Assembly (NCBI GenBank): GCA_047495785.1
Contig: JBLDXI010000020.1
Location: forward strand, 2,604,001-2,668,000
Length of the DNA: 64,000 nt
Source: Lepidodermella squamata
Lineage: Eukaryota > Animalia > Gastrotricha
Direction of reading: 5' to 3'
In this document: piece by piece, positions 1 to 14,844 of the stretch
Numbering within the stretch: the first letter of the stretch is position 1
How the letters are laid out: each line of letters starts with the position of its first letter
The notes under the pieces: generated by a model
What the model was told of the DNA's origin: nothing
The model's database searches: none
What the model saw: only the letters and a program-made list of their open reading frames with translations
Position numbers and translations under genes: made by a program

Positions 1-393
1 TGGTTATGACCGCGCTAATTCCGAATAACAAGCGTGGGCTAACGGCCTGTGAACTAGAAGACAACATCGTGTCATTGTTCGGATCTTCATTCAAACTCCC
101 ACCTACTTGCGCGAATCTGCAACATTTCGTCGATCGGTATTTGGACTCTGATGTCGCTAGATGCCCTTCGTCAGTTTTTCAACCTCGAATCTATTCAAGT
201 TTATTATAGATCTCGTTTTATAGGCAAAATGGCTGGGTCTATCGCGTTACCCCGAAAACTGAAGAATATGAATCAGAATATATATAACGTATCGAATCTC
301 TTTCAAAATATCGCTTTCGCTTTTCTAGAACGGTGCTTGGCAAATTGCGAAATTATGCTCATTTTCATCTTGTTACGAGAGAAATATTTATAA
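1..393 (+). CDS. Partial (5'-truncated) LOTUS/OST-HTH domain gene, paralog of the LOTUS at 484
   Basis: ORF 6-209 (ALIPNNKRGLTACELEDNIVSLFGSSFKLP..LQHFV) aligns with 484-692 (ALIANNETGLTAQELSAEVDELLDAPFKLP..FEDLL). A possible phase-2 intron at 170-209 leads into the frame of ORF 151-393. The 3' end is uncertain. Confidence 0.5.
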
Positions 394-483
394 TTGAGAA
401 TGAAAGAATCAAAAATTCGCGAAATGACGTCAATAGCATGAATATTTTCCGGTTATTTTTTAAGCTATAGATAACGCTTTAAA

Positions 484-3315
484 ATGTCGCTGATGGATCC
501 AGCTCATCGCGAACTGGTCAGAAAAATAATATCGCCAGCTTTAATTGCCAACAACGAGACTGGGTTGACTGCCCAGGAATTATCTGCTGAAGTTGACGAA
601 TTGTTAGACGCTCCTTTCAAGTTACCAGAGGGTGTTTCTTCATTCGAAGATCTTCTTATACGCGAATTCGCCGACGAATTTTGCAAAATTTGGTAAACAA
701 TTATAAAAATTGAAAAAAATTCGTCATGATTAAAAACCGATTTCAGCCGTGCTGATGGTGCCAACGTGTTCAAGGCCCTTCAAAAACCTGAAAATATTGA
801 GCTGTTGAAGATCGTCCAGAATAAAAATTTAATATTGAAGAAAGAAGCCGTCGTAAATCGACCAGCTGTTGCGATTCAACGACCATGTTCGAGTTTATCT
901 CAAGATTCTGAATCAGACCAAAAGCTAGTTCAGCTTTTCGCCGGTAAAATATAGCTAATCCCGAAAATTTGTTCAATTTTTTCTGTTACTGCAGGTTTGA
1001 GTGTCAAATCTGATATCAATCAAGCCTCTAAAATTTTGCGAGAGTTTGAAGACGTTTTTAAGCGATTTCGAGAATTTTCCGAACGTTACCAATTGACCTT
1101 TAAGCCGAAAACTGATGAAGGATCGAAGCTCCCGGCGAACATTACTGAACTTTTGGCGAGCTGCCGCAAAATTGCTGATGAAATCAATGTAAAAGGCTGT
1201 GAAACTGGTCGTGATTCAGGCTTGAGTGAAACCACCAGCCCTACCCCGACAAATTCTGAGCCGGAATCGAGCTTTTCTCCTCAATTGGTCGAGTTTACTA
1301 GCGTGCCTCGAATTGTCGATAATACGAAGCGATTTCGAGCTAAAATTACCTCTGTTTTATCCACGACCGTTTTCAGCGTTGTTTTAGACAGTGATTTCGA
1401 AATTTTGTCTGAAATCGAGAGCCTAGCTAATAAAATCGGGAAACCAGCCTCTCCTGCTCAAATCATTGAAGTCGGTTCGGTAATGCTGGCGAAGCGTGTC
1501 GATGGCACTCATCGCGTTTTCATCGAGTCGAAAAACGACCTGTGCCGTAATGCAAGTGTTTGGCTTTTGGATTACGGCTATAGGGCTCTTCTGGTCTCAT
1601 TTGATGATTTGATCTCGATTCCGTCAGAAAATCGTGAGAAACTCGGGAAAACTCTCGCGCTGGCTTTCAAGATTGAAGCGAGTGATTTTGGCATCTACTC
1701 AGGTTGTGATCAGGCTCTTCCAGTTATCCGAGAATTTTTAACCGGAAAAATAGCATATTTCAATGTTCTCAGTATCACTCGAAGGTATGATTATTGTAGA
1801 ATATTCCTTATTTAATAAAAAAAATTCGATATTCTAGACGGAAGGCCAATCTTCCTCCCCTCGTTGAATCGGATTTTGACGACCAAAACGGGATTTTTAA
1901 TGCAATTTCTCAGGAATTGATTGTAAATAAGCTCAAGGCTGGCATGAAATTCCGTGCTCATGTCATGTTTTTCAACGTGGAAGACTCGAAATTGAAGCTT
2001 TTCATTCGCCCAGTGTCTGAAACTTCCGAAAAAATTCTGGCCAATATTGAGAAAAAAGTCGCCAGACGAATGGCCGAAGGACCTGTTTACCCGAATTTCG
2101 CTGAGTTGACTGAAAATACTGAAGTTATTGCGTCTTTCAACGGTCTCTTCTACCGATGTCGAGTTGTTAAAATGCTCGAGAAGGATAGAGTTGAAGTATT
2201 TTTCTACGACTACGGCTACTCGAAAACTGTCGATTTACTCAAATTAAGTGTCTTGCCGTCAAAATTGAATTCAAACGTCTTTCCACCTCAAACATTCTGC
2301 TGCCAAATTTCTGAGCTCTCGAATGTGAAATGGCGACCAGAAGCTGCTGATATTTTGAATGCTGAAGGCATTTTCGACTCGCCTGTTGACGTTAAAGTGA
2401 TTTGCTGCCGGCCGGTTGATAAAAGCTACACGATTTCATGTAAATTAACCGAAAATGGGAAGGGAAACATTGGCGATCTGTTGAAATATCGACTCGATCT
2501 TTTCGCTCCTAATGTGTCTAATTTTATCAAAGACACGGTTGAATCTGGAAAAAGTAGTGACGTGAAAGTTATTCCTTCAGCCAAGGAAGAGGGTGAGATT
2601 TCCGAATCTGACCCTGATGAAGATATTTTCGGGAGCGAGGAAAAACCCGAAACCTACGCGGAAAAATTGCTGGCGAATAACACCAGCAATCAACAGATTG
2701 TTAAAGCTGAGTTGATCGGTTTTATCTCACCGAATAATTTTCGCTGCCGGTTTAGCGGCTTGAAATCCGATTTTGAAAAATTGAGATGTGAACTCGATGG
2801 CCTGTCAAATCCTCACTTCGACGAATTGCCCCTGCTGAAATCGCCGCAAATCGGTGAAGCTTGCCTCGTGTGGCATAAAAATCGGTACCATCGAGCTCAA
2901 GTTGTGCATGTTGCCGGGCATAGTTGCCGCCTTAATTTTATTGACGAAGCTAGTCAAGAAGTGGCAATTAAGCAGCTGATTTTCAAGTTACCAGCTAGAT
3001 TCGCCGCTCTACCGGCTTGTGGATTTTTGTTCACTTTAGCTGATGTTTCTGATAAGCTTTCGAGTTATTTCGAACCGAAACTTCGCGCATTTGCCGAAAA
3101 TTTATGTGAAAGGAAAAGTCCGATCGAGGTAATTTCTCAATTTTTTTGTATAATTTTCCGAATTTTCAAAAAATTCATAGATTTTGAAAACTGAGGAGGA
3201 AGTTGATGGCGCTATTTCGAAGATTCGTGGCGATGCCCTGGTTTTATCTGAACAGCCCTTCAATTTGAGGCAGCGAATTCTGCGTGATTATGCCCGGCCT
3301 ACGAAGCTCAACTAA
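484..3315 (+). CDS. LOTUS + three extended Tudor domain protein (TDRD5/TDRD7/Tejas/Tapas-like)
   Basis: Exons 484-692, 747-943, 995-1784, 1838-3128 and 3181-3315 join in frame through GT-AG introns. N-terminal LOTUS with an eLOTUS-like extension (VFKALQKPENIELLKIVQNK). Tudor signatures VWLLDYGY, FYRCRV..VFFYDYGY and YHRAQV..FIDEA. Confidence 0.85.
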
Positions 3316-3669
3316 ACGTCGGAAAATTCTTGATTTGAAACAATTTTAATATTGTTTGCCGTGAAACTATTTGGCCCTGTTAATTTTGAACCTAAATCTA
3401 AATTCAGTTTCAAATTTTCAAATTTCTCTTTATTCTATGAAAACTTATTCCAAGTCGATATCTTATTTCGATATTTGAATTTGTATAGGTGTTCTTTTTT
3501 CAATAAAATGGAAATCGCTTTGAATAATCTGGACCTGATGAAAATTACCATTTTCCAAAAGACGGGAATTTCTCAAGTGATCTTGAGTCCACCTTCCAAA
3601 TTTGAAAAAATGCTTCAATTTTATTTATTTTGTGTTTTTAGATTTTTTCAATTTTTCTATTAATTTACG

Positions 3670-5498
3670 ATGGAAACCCAGGTGCCAGGTATGTGATTTT
3701 TCATTCAAATAATTCTTCCTAATTTATCGCTAATTATTTTACAGCCCCGATTCGTGAACTGGCTTTCTTGGTCGAAAAGGCTCGAAGTTTGAAAACCGAT
3801 GACCTGGAAATTTGCCTCCGCCCGAAAAATTCACACGTGATTCTGTCCCAAGTCGCGTTTCCTAAATCGATGTCATCGCTGATATCGTTGATGCGAGACT
3901 TCGTCAGCCAGGTCGAGCAGTCGCAGCCAGTCTCGCCCGTCTCCCAGCCATCGCCTGCTCAAAATGGCCGTGATTCTGGGCTTAGTCTCGAAAATTTGTC
4001 GATAGAAGACGTGCCTCTTAAATCAAGCTATTCGCCTGGCCAGGAGTTTCGCGGAAATGTCATGCAGTGTTCGGTTAAAGATTCGAAACTGTTCATTTTC
4101 ATTCGCCCGATTTGCCCGAAAGATGATGCCGCTCTAGAAAAAATTGAGGCGAAAATGGCTGAACTCGTCGAAAATGACGAATTGCCGGAAAAATTTGGCG
4201 GCGTATTCCACCTTAATGAAGAATTGGCCGGATTATTCGACGGTTTCTACTACCGCTGCAAGCCTGTAACGACGACTGTTGTTAATGGCAAATTGAAAGT
4301 CTTTTTCTACGACTATGGCAACGAGGAGGAGGTTGAGATCTCGGAGCTGAGGCCGCTGAGTGGCGATTTATCGACCCAGACCCTTGGCCCTCAGGTCGTT
4401 CGATGCCAACTCGCTGGTATGGAAAGCCAGAAAATCCAACCGGAAACGGCGAAATCGTTGGAGCGAGAGGGCATTTTCGACGCATCGGTCGATGTCAAAG
4501 TTGTTTCGGCCGCTGAATCTGGTTTCTACGTCACAATTGAATACACAAACTCGGAAAACAAAAAAGTCGACTTGTGCCAACTCGTCAAAAGTCGATCAGA
4601 TTTTCTCACTCCAGCCGCTCCTGTCTTTGTCCCAGCCGCTATTCTGCAAAGCTACAAGGCTGAGCCTTTGCCTATCAAAAGCCCCGAAGCTCCTGCGAAG
4701 AAGGAAGTTAAATTTAAGGAGGATTTAACTCCTGAGCCGGTTCATCATCGCAATATCGAAGAAATGGGTCGATCGAAAAGTGCGATTGGCTTCGGTGATG
4801 AGGGTGATTTCGCGCTCGAATTTCCGCCTTTCCAAGTCCCGAAATCTGACTTTGCCGCGGTCTGCATGGCCTTTGTGCCTCCCGAGGGTTTTCTATGCCG
4901 CCTCGCTAGCCAAGAATCTCTGTACAATCAAGTCATGTTGAGCCTGAGCTTGCTCGGCCAAACTAAGCAGCGACCCCTTGAGCCTATCAATATTGGCGAT
5001 GCGTGCCTGGTTGCGCATGCCAACTCGTACTACCGCGGCCAAGTTGTTCAAATCGGCTCGCATAGCTGCCGCATTGCGTTGGTCGACGAGGGTAGCCAGC
5101 AAATGGTGAAAAATCATTCGATCTACCGTTTGCCGGCGAAATTTGCCGATGTTCCGCCGTTGACGTTCCAGTTCACGCTGTCGCAGGTTCCCGAGCATTT
5201 GTCCAGCTACTTCCAGAAGCAACTCATGAATTTCGGCACCGATTTTTGCGAGAAAAATTCTGTTATTAAGGTAAACATTTTATTTCTGGTTCTTTCTTAT
5301 GGTAGCAAAACTTGAGATTTTTAGAACGCGATTTTCTAAGCTTTCCGGTTTTTTTTTAAGATTTGCATGACGAAAGAATTTTCCGACAAAGCGGTCGTGA
5401 AAGTCTGGGGCAATGCCAAGGTGCTTGAGAAAGACGGCCAATCAGTCGACCTGCGGGAGAAATACTTAACCGAATTTGTGCGCCCTGGAAAGGCTTGA
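3670..5498 (+). CDS. Two-Tudor-domain protein, LOTUS-less paralog of the upstream gene
   Basis: Exons 3670-3688, 3745-5270 and 5361-5498. Tudor motifs FYYRCK..VFFYDYGNEE and YYRGQV..LVDEG. Collinear with Tudor 2-3 of the 484 gene, with the last intron at the equivalent position. Confidence 0.85.
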
Positions 5499-6417
5499 CT
5501 TGATGCTAAAACGAAAATAACGAAATTTTCTACTTGAGAAATAACTTTTTCATCAACAAAACGTGCTCAAAATTAGTGCTCAATACTAGTGTGTTATACA
5601 ATGTGAAGAATCTGTATGCAATGAAATCTGGCATTATTTACTCGAAAATATGTAAAAAAAAGAATAATAATTTTGCAACCCGTTGATTACAAATGTGATA
5701 AGGTTCTTGTTATCCTGCTCGTTGCGGAAAAAGTGCTATGTCGACCTTTTTTGTTTGTGTGTAGAGTTATATTTCTACACATCTAAATAATCTCTGCTCG
5801 ATTTACTATTGATGAAAATAAAGATTGATCCCATGAACACGTTAGGTTTTATTTTTCAAGCTCTGTGTGAATTTCAGATTTCGAAGCGAAAAATCGCGCG
5901 ATAAGTTCACTCGATCGAATTTTAATTTTGCCCATCTGAAGCCCATAGCGTTCCACGCCTGAGCTGCAAGTGAGCACTCGAGGGCCAAGTCACCATGATA
6001 TAACTCAGAACTCGGAATTCGATTTTCTTGCTATCCATATCAAAGGTTGAACAGCTTACGCCAGAAACACCTCGTTGTCCTTTATTTATCATTTTCGACG
6101 AGAAACAAATAATTGCTGTCAGGCTTGTTGTGTGATAGCCTGTTTTTCATAGTTTGAAAAATAATTTATTTCCCACTTCACAATAATGTTAACAGTGATG
6201 ATGAATTCCGCAGTCCGCATGAAGAGCCATGGTGAGAAATAATAGGTGGGAAGCCAAGGTAGAGTCGTGTGGCAAGTCTTACGGCACATCAGATAACTGC
6301 TGGGTATCAAGCCGATTTTTCATGTTAGATTCGTTTGATTGTTTTAAGGCGCCGAGAGCGTCTCTGATAGAGGGTGGTAAAATAAAAGGGTCAACATATT
6401 TGCACCACTATAAATGA

Positions 6418-7052
6418 GGTTCCAGCACTAAATTTAAGCGTCCTGGCACACAATTTGTCAGATTCTTTGCGATTTCGGCATTTTCGGTTTTCGATCAATA
6501 CTGATGCCCTCCCTGAACCTAGGATTTTTATTTTAGCTACTTCGTGCCCCAAGCTAAGTAGAAAAATTATCGATGTTGAGTTCCCAGACGTCTGATATAG
6601 GGAAAATCACTGATTTGTAAGATCGATACTTGGAATCGATATCGGCTCTATAGGATGATGTATAATTCGCAAACTGACCGCTCATAGCGCGAAATACGCG
6701 AAATATGAAGGTCTAACGGTTAGGCATGATAACACAACATTTGAGATTATAGCGAAGACTAAAAACTCGGCAAACCGAATTGTTAGGCCTTTCCTTCATT
6801 TTTTTCAAACCAAGTCGAAACCCCGTTTTACATTTGAGACCGCCCTTTATTTGGGGCCCGACCATTATTATTTCGAACCCTTCTCTACTCACCACATGTT
6901 GTTATACAACGCTTCCAGTCACCAGAGGTCACCTCTGAAGCGGCCTCTAAATGGATCGGCATATGCTCGGCTGTTTTAACTCGAGACTTTTCGGGCAGTA
7001 CGGTATTTAGGGAAAATCTAGTGCTGGAGCCTCAAATTTAGGGTGCACATCC
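6418..7052. mobile_element. Non-autonomous TIR-type repeat (family A)
   Basis: The ends GGTTCCAGCACTAAATTT... and ...AAATCTAGTGCTGGAGCCTCAAATTTAGGG are imperfect inverted repeats. The interior (ACTGATTTGTAA.ATCGATACTTGGAATCGATAT...) matches 63118-63408, and the TIR recurs at 22428-22470. Confidence 0.55.
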
Positions 7053-9549
7053 AAAATAAAATCCTTGCTGCAACCCAAACATGCCGATGTTGATGTCGAA
7101 GATTCAGTTGTCGATTGCAGTAATAGCGAGACTCTGTTTTCGGCGGTGACTATACATAATTTGCGTCTAGACGTCTATTACCAAACTACAAAACAAAAAA
7201 CTAAATTTGCAGTCCAAAGGATTCATAATTGCTCCCGCATAGACTGCCATCGTATTGCACAACATGAACGGTTAAAAGAACAGGAACAGAGATGAACGAA
7301 TGCCATGAACGAATATTAGCTCAATGTTTAAAGTTAACACCGATTTTTGTGGCTAATCGGCTAATCGGCGCATCGGAATATGGTTTATGGTTTATTCACC
7401 AAAAATGTTCGGCGTCATCATAATATTATTAACAATATTATTAGGCCTCTAGATCGCTCATCTGAATCTTTGAAAAAATTAACATCGAATTTAAAGGGAA
7501 AGCATTTTGACGACAGTTCGTTCCAGGTTTTAACAGCTCGCTCCAATCTCGTGTAAATTTAAATATCCATAACCGATTCGTTGGTGGTTTGCGGTTACCG
7601 GCGAGCGAAGTTTGACTTGGAAGCGTTGACTGTTGACTGATTCGCGGGATTTCGTTCGCCGCTTGGGTATCAGTTAGAAGTTAGAACCGCTAACCGCTCA
7701 CGACGCATGCCAAGAAAATGGTCCGTATTGGAATTTTGCATATTTGAGAAAACCAGCAGCTAGCGCTCTTTTATTAATACGCAGCTTCCCTTTTTTATTT
7801 GACGGCATGAAAAATATATGGGCCTTTGGTGTGCGTCTCATATAGATTACGAGCTGTGACTGGTAACATGGGCGTAATACGTTGAAAAATTTCATTGTGG
7901 CAACCGCACAACCCAGTTCACGGAGGAGCAACTCCGTTCTTGCTCTGACTTTTCTCGATCACGATCACGAATTTAGGAATTCTCCTCGTACTCAAGCTGT
8001 CGCCATAAGGCGGAGCTAGTGAGCGAACTGACGCTCTAAGAAAGGTTTGGTCTGGCACAAGGGAAGGAAGCAAAACTCAAGGGTCTGGCACACTAACTAC
8101 TTACCGATGTCCCATGTCCCTACCCCTGGTGGGACTCCGGTTATTGCAGTCTGCTGGCTTTTTAGCGCCCTTGCGCGCTAACAATTTAAATTTGAGATTT
8201 AAAAATTTAGTTTTACAATTAGTCAATGGTATATTGTTATGATGCAAATTTTTCCATTAATAAGTGTGGAATGGAAAACTTATCAAATGATTCAGGGGCC
8301 CTTCAGGAGCAGGTCATGACCTGCTAGGATTATGACCTTTGAATTTTCAAATTCAAATTTCATTAGCGGAGCGTTGGTTGCGTATCTCGAGGGTCTTGGA
8401 TGCTAAAGGATTTTTTGAAGACTGCTATTTATCTCGCCCCCTAGCACCCTCTTCTCTTGCGACACCTCGTCTATCTTCTGACTGGTCTATCTTTCTGACC
8501 CCAATCCCCCTTCCACATTTCTTAAGACCACTTCCGCTTCCTCCGTCGGGGGTTGTGGAAGGCGTGGGTGAGGGGGCTGCGCCCCCTTCCCCACGCCTTC
8601 CACGAACTTCATACATCGCGTTTTATCACCCCCTCGGCTCTAACCTAACAAATCTAGGTCTATGTTCATTCTGTAGGTCTATGGCCCCAACGATAGGTCT
8701 GCGGCTGGGCTTATATTTCTGATCGTTTATTGTTACTTAGAATTAAGTACGCAATGCTGTGTTACGCAACTTCTACAGCATGCCCTGAATGCTCACCGTG
8801 TCCTTGATTACATTGATTACATTGATGTACTTTTTTATAAGCGAAACTTGAACAAAAGTTAAAAGATTTGAAAATCAATGCATAATAGGCACTGCGCATG
8901 AGTAAACTCAAGCGGCTGTTGTTTCCAGATAGCTGGATTATAAGCATTCATGGATGAGAAATAATCTTTAGTTGACTGTTGACTGATGGCTTCACGTCAA
9001 CCGACCTCCTGAATAATCGGTACTCTGATAATTCATATCACCCGAACAATCAATAAATTACAATTCCCGGAACGTCTAGTGCAGCAATAGTCGAGACTCG
9101 ATGTTGACACTAGTCCGGTGAATCAAAACCTCATTAGATAGGAATGATAAGTCTTACTTACAAGGTCGCAGTCATCACCTTCGCCATCTTCCCGCAATCA
9201 AATTCCGCAAAAGACAATTTGGCGAAATTACCTATCGTAAACAGTGCATTGCGATCCGCAATCGAACTCTCGAAGAATTGTGCTGGACCATTTTGTCTTG
9301 TCTCTTGTCTCTTTCATGATATACAAATTATATCCTGCATATCATGTAGCTAACGGATTACTTGATCAGAGACCAAAATCGCAGAGATTTTGCTACTTCG
9401 CTTCATTTAAACGTTTCCTTGTGGCTTCTACTCAAGACACAAGTCCGAAGCCAACACAATGGTTTCCATAAATGAGTGACGAGTCAGAAGAAATGCCGGT
9501 CGTCGGTCGTTCTCTGACATCTGAAGTTCTAAATCCCCGATCCTCGGAG

Positions 9550-9636
9550 CCTCTGTGACCTCTGAACCTCTAAACCTCTGAACCTCTAAACCTCTAAACC
9601 TCTGAACCTCTAACCCCTTGAACCTCTGACCTCTGA
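9550..9636. repeat. Tandem 8-mer repeat (CCTCTRAA)n
   Basis: Directly visible run cctctgaa-cctctaaa-cctctgaa..., about 10 imperfect units. Confidence 0.85.
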
Positions 9637-11246
9637 GGTGCCTGTTGAGACAGAAAAATCATGCGGCAAATTTGATCGATCTCGAATTACAAATTTAATA
9701 AAAAATTTATTTAAAATGTATATTCTCAACGCAATTCAATCAATTCTATTATTTTTGCAAATAAACATTCGTCAAAAACTTTTTTCGACGATTTTTGCCA
9801 ATTATTGCCTCCTATGGCTCGCATCCTCAGGGAACTGGGAGCTGTGGGAACTTTGGCGACTTAGTCGCCCTAAGGAGCTCCGCTGCGCTCCGCAAAAATC
9901 CAGGAAAAGTGTCCCTAGTAGAAAGCATTGTTCCTCGGACTTCTTCGCAACTTTGTTGCAATCCTACTCAAAAACTGACCGAGATTTTGAATGGTATCTT
10001 CGGTAACTATGATTGGACCCACTCTGAATCGCTTAGACCAAAGACCAGTCGCCAATCGCCAAACGCCTGGTGCCTTTAGAAATCACATCTCCGAAGAAGA
10101 GTTCGTCCGACAAGGCGGCTGTCATGGTAGAACATCGTGCAATCGAAGTCTCGGCATCCCAGCACATGACACCTGACTGATACGAGCATCTCGTTTGGTG
10201 CCATTGACAAGTATAAATATTTCCTTCGAAAATACATAATTCGAGATTCGAGTACTGCTCCAAGCCAGAACAGGCTCTGCGTTTAAACCTTTCCAGCTCC
10301 TTTCGAGAGGGATCTCTATGATTGGGTTTGTTGAATACGGCGTGAAGATGCTACTTCAAAGAGCCAGAAACTTGCGTGCGAAACAATAGAAAGTATAAAC
10401 TCTTCATGTTTATCGGTGTTAAAATAATAGACCTCAGCATTCATATTCTGTAGTAGTAGTAGTATTAGTGTTCATTTCAGTCAACATTTCACTCATTGGC
10501 AGGGGAGGCCGCGAATTCAACCACCGCCCTCCAATGCTCGCAGCTTCCTTCAGACGTGTAAAGTCATTCTCGCTATTGATTTCGATAAGTGATTCGGGTA
10601 TGCGATAGACAGGAGACTATATGTGTGATCATTGTTCCATGATTCCATGATCATTGATGGCGACGGTAATTTAACTCGAGTATATATCGCTTTGTTGATG
10701 TCATTTGATAGCATAGCTTATATTAATTTTCACTTTCTGTCGGTTTCTGCATCTGAAGTTTAACTTGGGATAAGCGTTTCATTTCACATCTATACACATG
10801 CAAAGCAGTGTATACACACGGCATCGAAAAAGCTGGCTGACTATGCGACTTTCTATGGCCGATTTTCGACAAGGTGATAGTGCATTTTTTTCACTCCACG
10901 CGTCCATCTTATATCTTATAATGGAGTCTTGGAACTTTAGTGTCTACTTGTCGTTTCTTGCCACGGCATATCTTTCAACTTGCAAGCGGTGTGGCAAAAG
11001 GCAAAAGAAACTTGTGACGGGAAACAACTTGTTTGCTTCAAGTGAAACATCAACAAAAGATAAGATAATCGCTTACATATATCGTTACCTCAACCGCATG
11101 ACCGTTCACTTATCTTACCCGTGTCTCCATCGTGTGTTATCGTTCTCTAGTTGCCTGATTGGTATTAGCCGCGAGAGTGCGTTATTCTAATCACAACTCC
11201 GTTTTGTTATGATAGGCTTATCTCTTATCTCAAGTTATTAAGTTAC

Positions 11247-12474
11247 ATGGATTTCGTGAGTGAGGAGGCATCGGTCATTTTTCAATGTCAGGCTGGCTCG
11301 ATATACACCCTTGGTTAGTTTTCGATGCAGAAAGCTCTTGGTTATGAACTCTTTGTTTCTATTTCAGATAACGGCGATGTTATAGGGGTTGAGAAGCTGC
11401 GTTTGCTGGAAGTGGGTATTTTTTTTAAGCTGGACGCCGAAGGAAAACTGTCGGCTGGTGATGCATCCAGTCAAACCTGTGGCTACATTCAGCTAAATGA
11501 TGTTTACTACCCAATATCGTCGGATAATTTCGATTCGAAGGTCTTCATGGCTGTCCTTGGGACGCGCATAATTTTTTTGTTCAATGCACCTCACCGGCCT
11601 AATATCGTTATGTCAGTCGATATTCCTCAGAAAGAAACAGATTCATTGATCGAGGTTCTCTCACAACTCAACATGCTTGGCATGGTCATGCTGAAAAAGG
11701 TCTTGACTAGCCGACAGCTCTACGTTCCGACCGGTACGATCAATCCTAATATTGAGCGATTTTCTGACAGCGTTCTCAGTGGTGCTACTGCTTTTTCAAA
11801 CATGACATATCGCGGTGCTTCGTGGTGCCAGTCCGCCCTGGAAAAACTGCGCGGGAAAGTCGCGGCCAAGCCGGTTGAGAACATACAAGAGACTGCAACT
11901 GCGGAGAATTCTACTGTTGTCAGCCCACGGCTAAGTAAAACTATGCACTACGCGAGTGTCGCCAGTAAATCCGTGGCGTCTTTCACGTCTGGGTTAGTTG
12001 AAACCAGTTCAAAACTCTCAGCCCAGGCTTTGAAAGCCCTGGCTAATAAAGGCAAAGACGCGACGGTTTTAAAGAAAATCCCGGTGAAGTGGAAAGATTC
12101 AGCGTTTATGATCGGTTCTTCGGTGGCTGTTTCAACCGGAATCGCCTTCAGTGGTCTTGAGAAAGCATTTTTCCAGGTCGGCAAAACCGCTGCTAGTGTT
12201 GCAACAGATGCAATCGCAGCAAAGTAATTAAATCCATTTTCCGAGAGAAAATTCAGTTAACTTTTTTTCAAAATTTAGACATGGGAATAACGTTGGATCC
12301 GTGACATCAGATGCATTAAATGCAGCTGGTTCGACAATATTAGTCTGGCATAATTTATCAAACTTCACGTTTCGAAATCTCGCGGTTAAAGGTGCCAAAT
12401 TAGCAATATCCGGAGATGAGAATCGCGAAACAATCAACTTGGGTGATCGGCTTGAAATCGCTCGTTTGGAATAA
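11247..12474 (+). CDS. Spartin (SPG20)-like senescence-domain protein, lacking the MIT domain
   Basis: Exons 11247-11313, 11368-12223 and 12279-12474. Senescence-domain pattern SVLSGA..RGA..FSGLEKA..TDAIAAKHG..VTSDALNAAG, preceded by the YIQLNDVYYPI segment. Confidence 0.75.
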
Positions 12475-12685
12475 AGAGGGATCAAACTAATAATATCAAA
12501 ACTAATTCATTCTGTTTTTTCTTTTCTCACAATCGCAAAGTTTATTTACCCAAGCTGAAATTTTGCTCAAAATTCAGGTACAACTGGTTCTTTTTAATCT
12601 TTTTAATTTGTGCCCTTGGAAAGCTGATTAATAAATTAACCCTTATTAAATTGATTTTAGAGTTTTACCTCTCAAGCTACCCTCA

Positions 12686-14580
<1,895 letters not shown>

Positions 14581-14844
14581 AAACTCTGAAAATCGTGAAA
14601 ATAACATTGTTCTGATTATGATTGTGACGATTCAATTGATAGTGCATGAAATGCGTTACGATTCCTATTACTCCCGATGATGATTACTGCTTCCTTTATA
14701 TAATCCGAATATTTGGTGCTGATTTTATGGCACACGGTGATTTTGAGATTGAAACGAACGACTTTTAAATCAACATTATTTATTCAACATTTTCGCCTGG
14801 ATTTTGAATGTTTTTTAAATATTTTTTAGATATAATTGAATAAT

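Noticed and set aside
7960-8150. U1-like words (TACTTACC, GATCACGAA, ATTGCA) and an HDV-like TCCTCG..GCGAA
   Set aside because: The U1 words are in the wrong order with no Sm site or stems, and the HDV P3/P1 pairings cannot be formed.
5500-11200. Numerous 60-130 aa ORFs in the spacer
   Set aside because: No recognisable domains or consistent splice structure; they overlap repeats.
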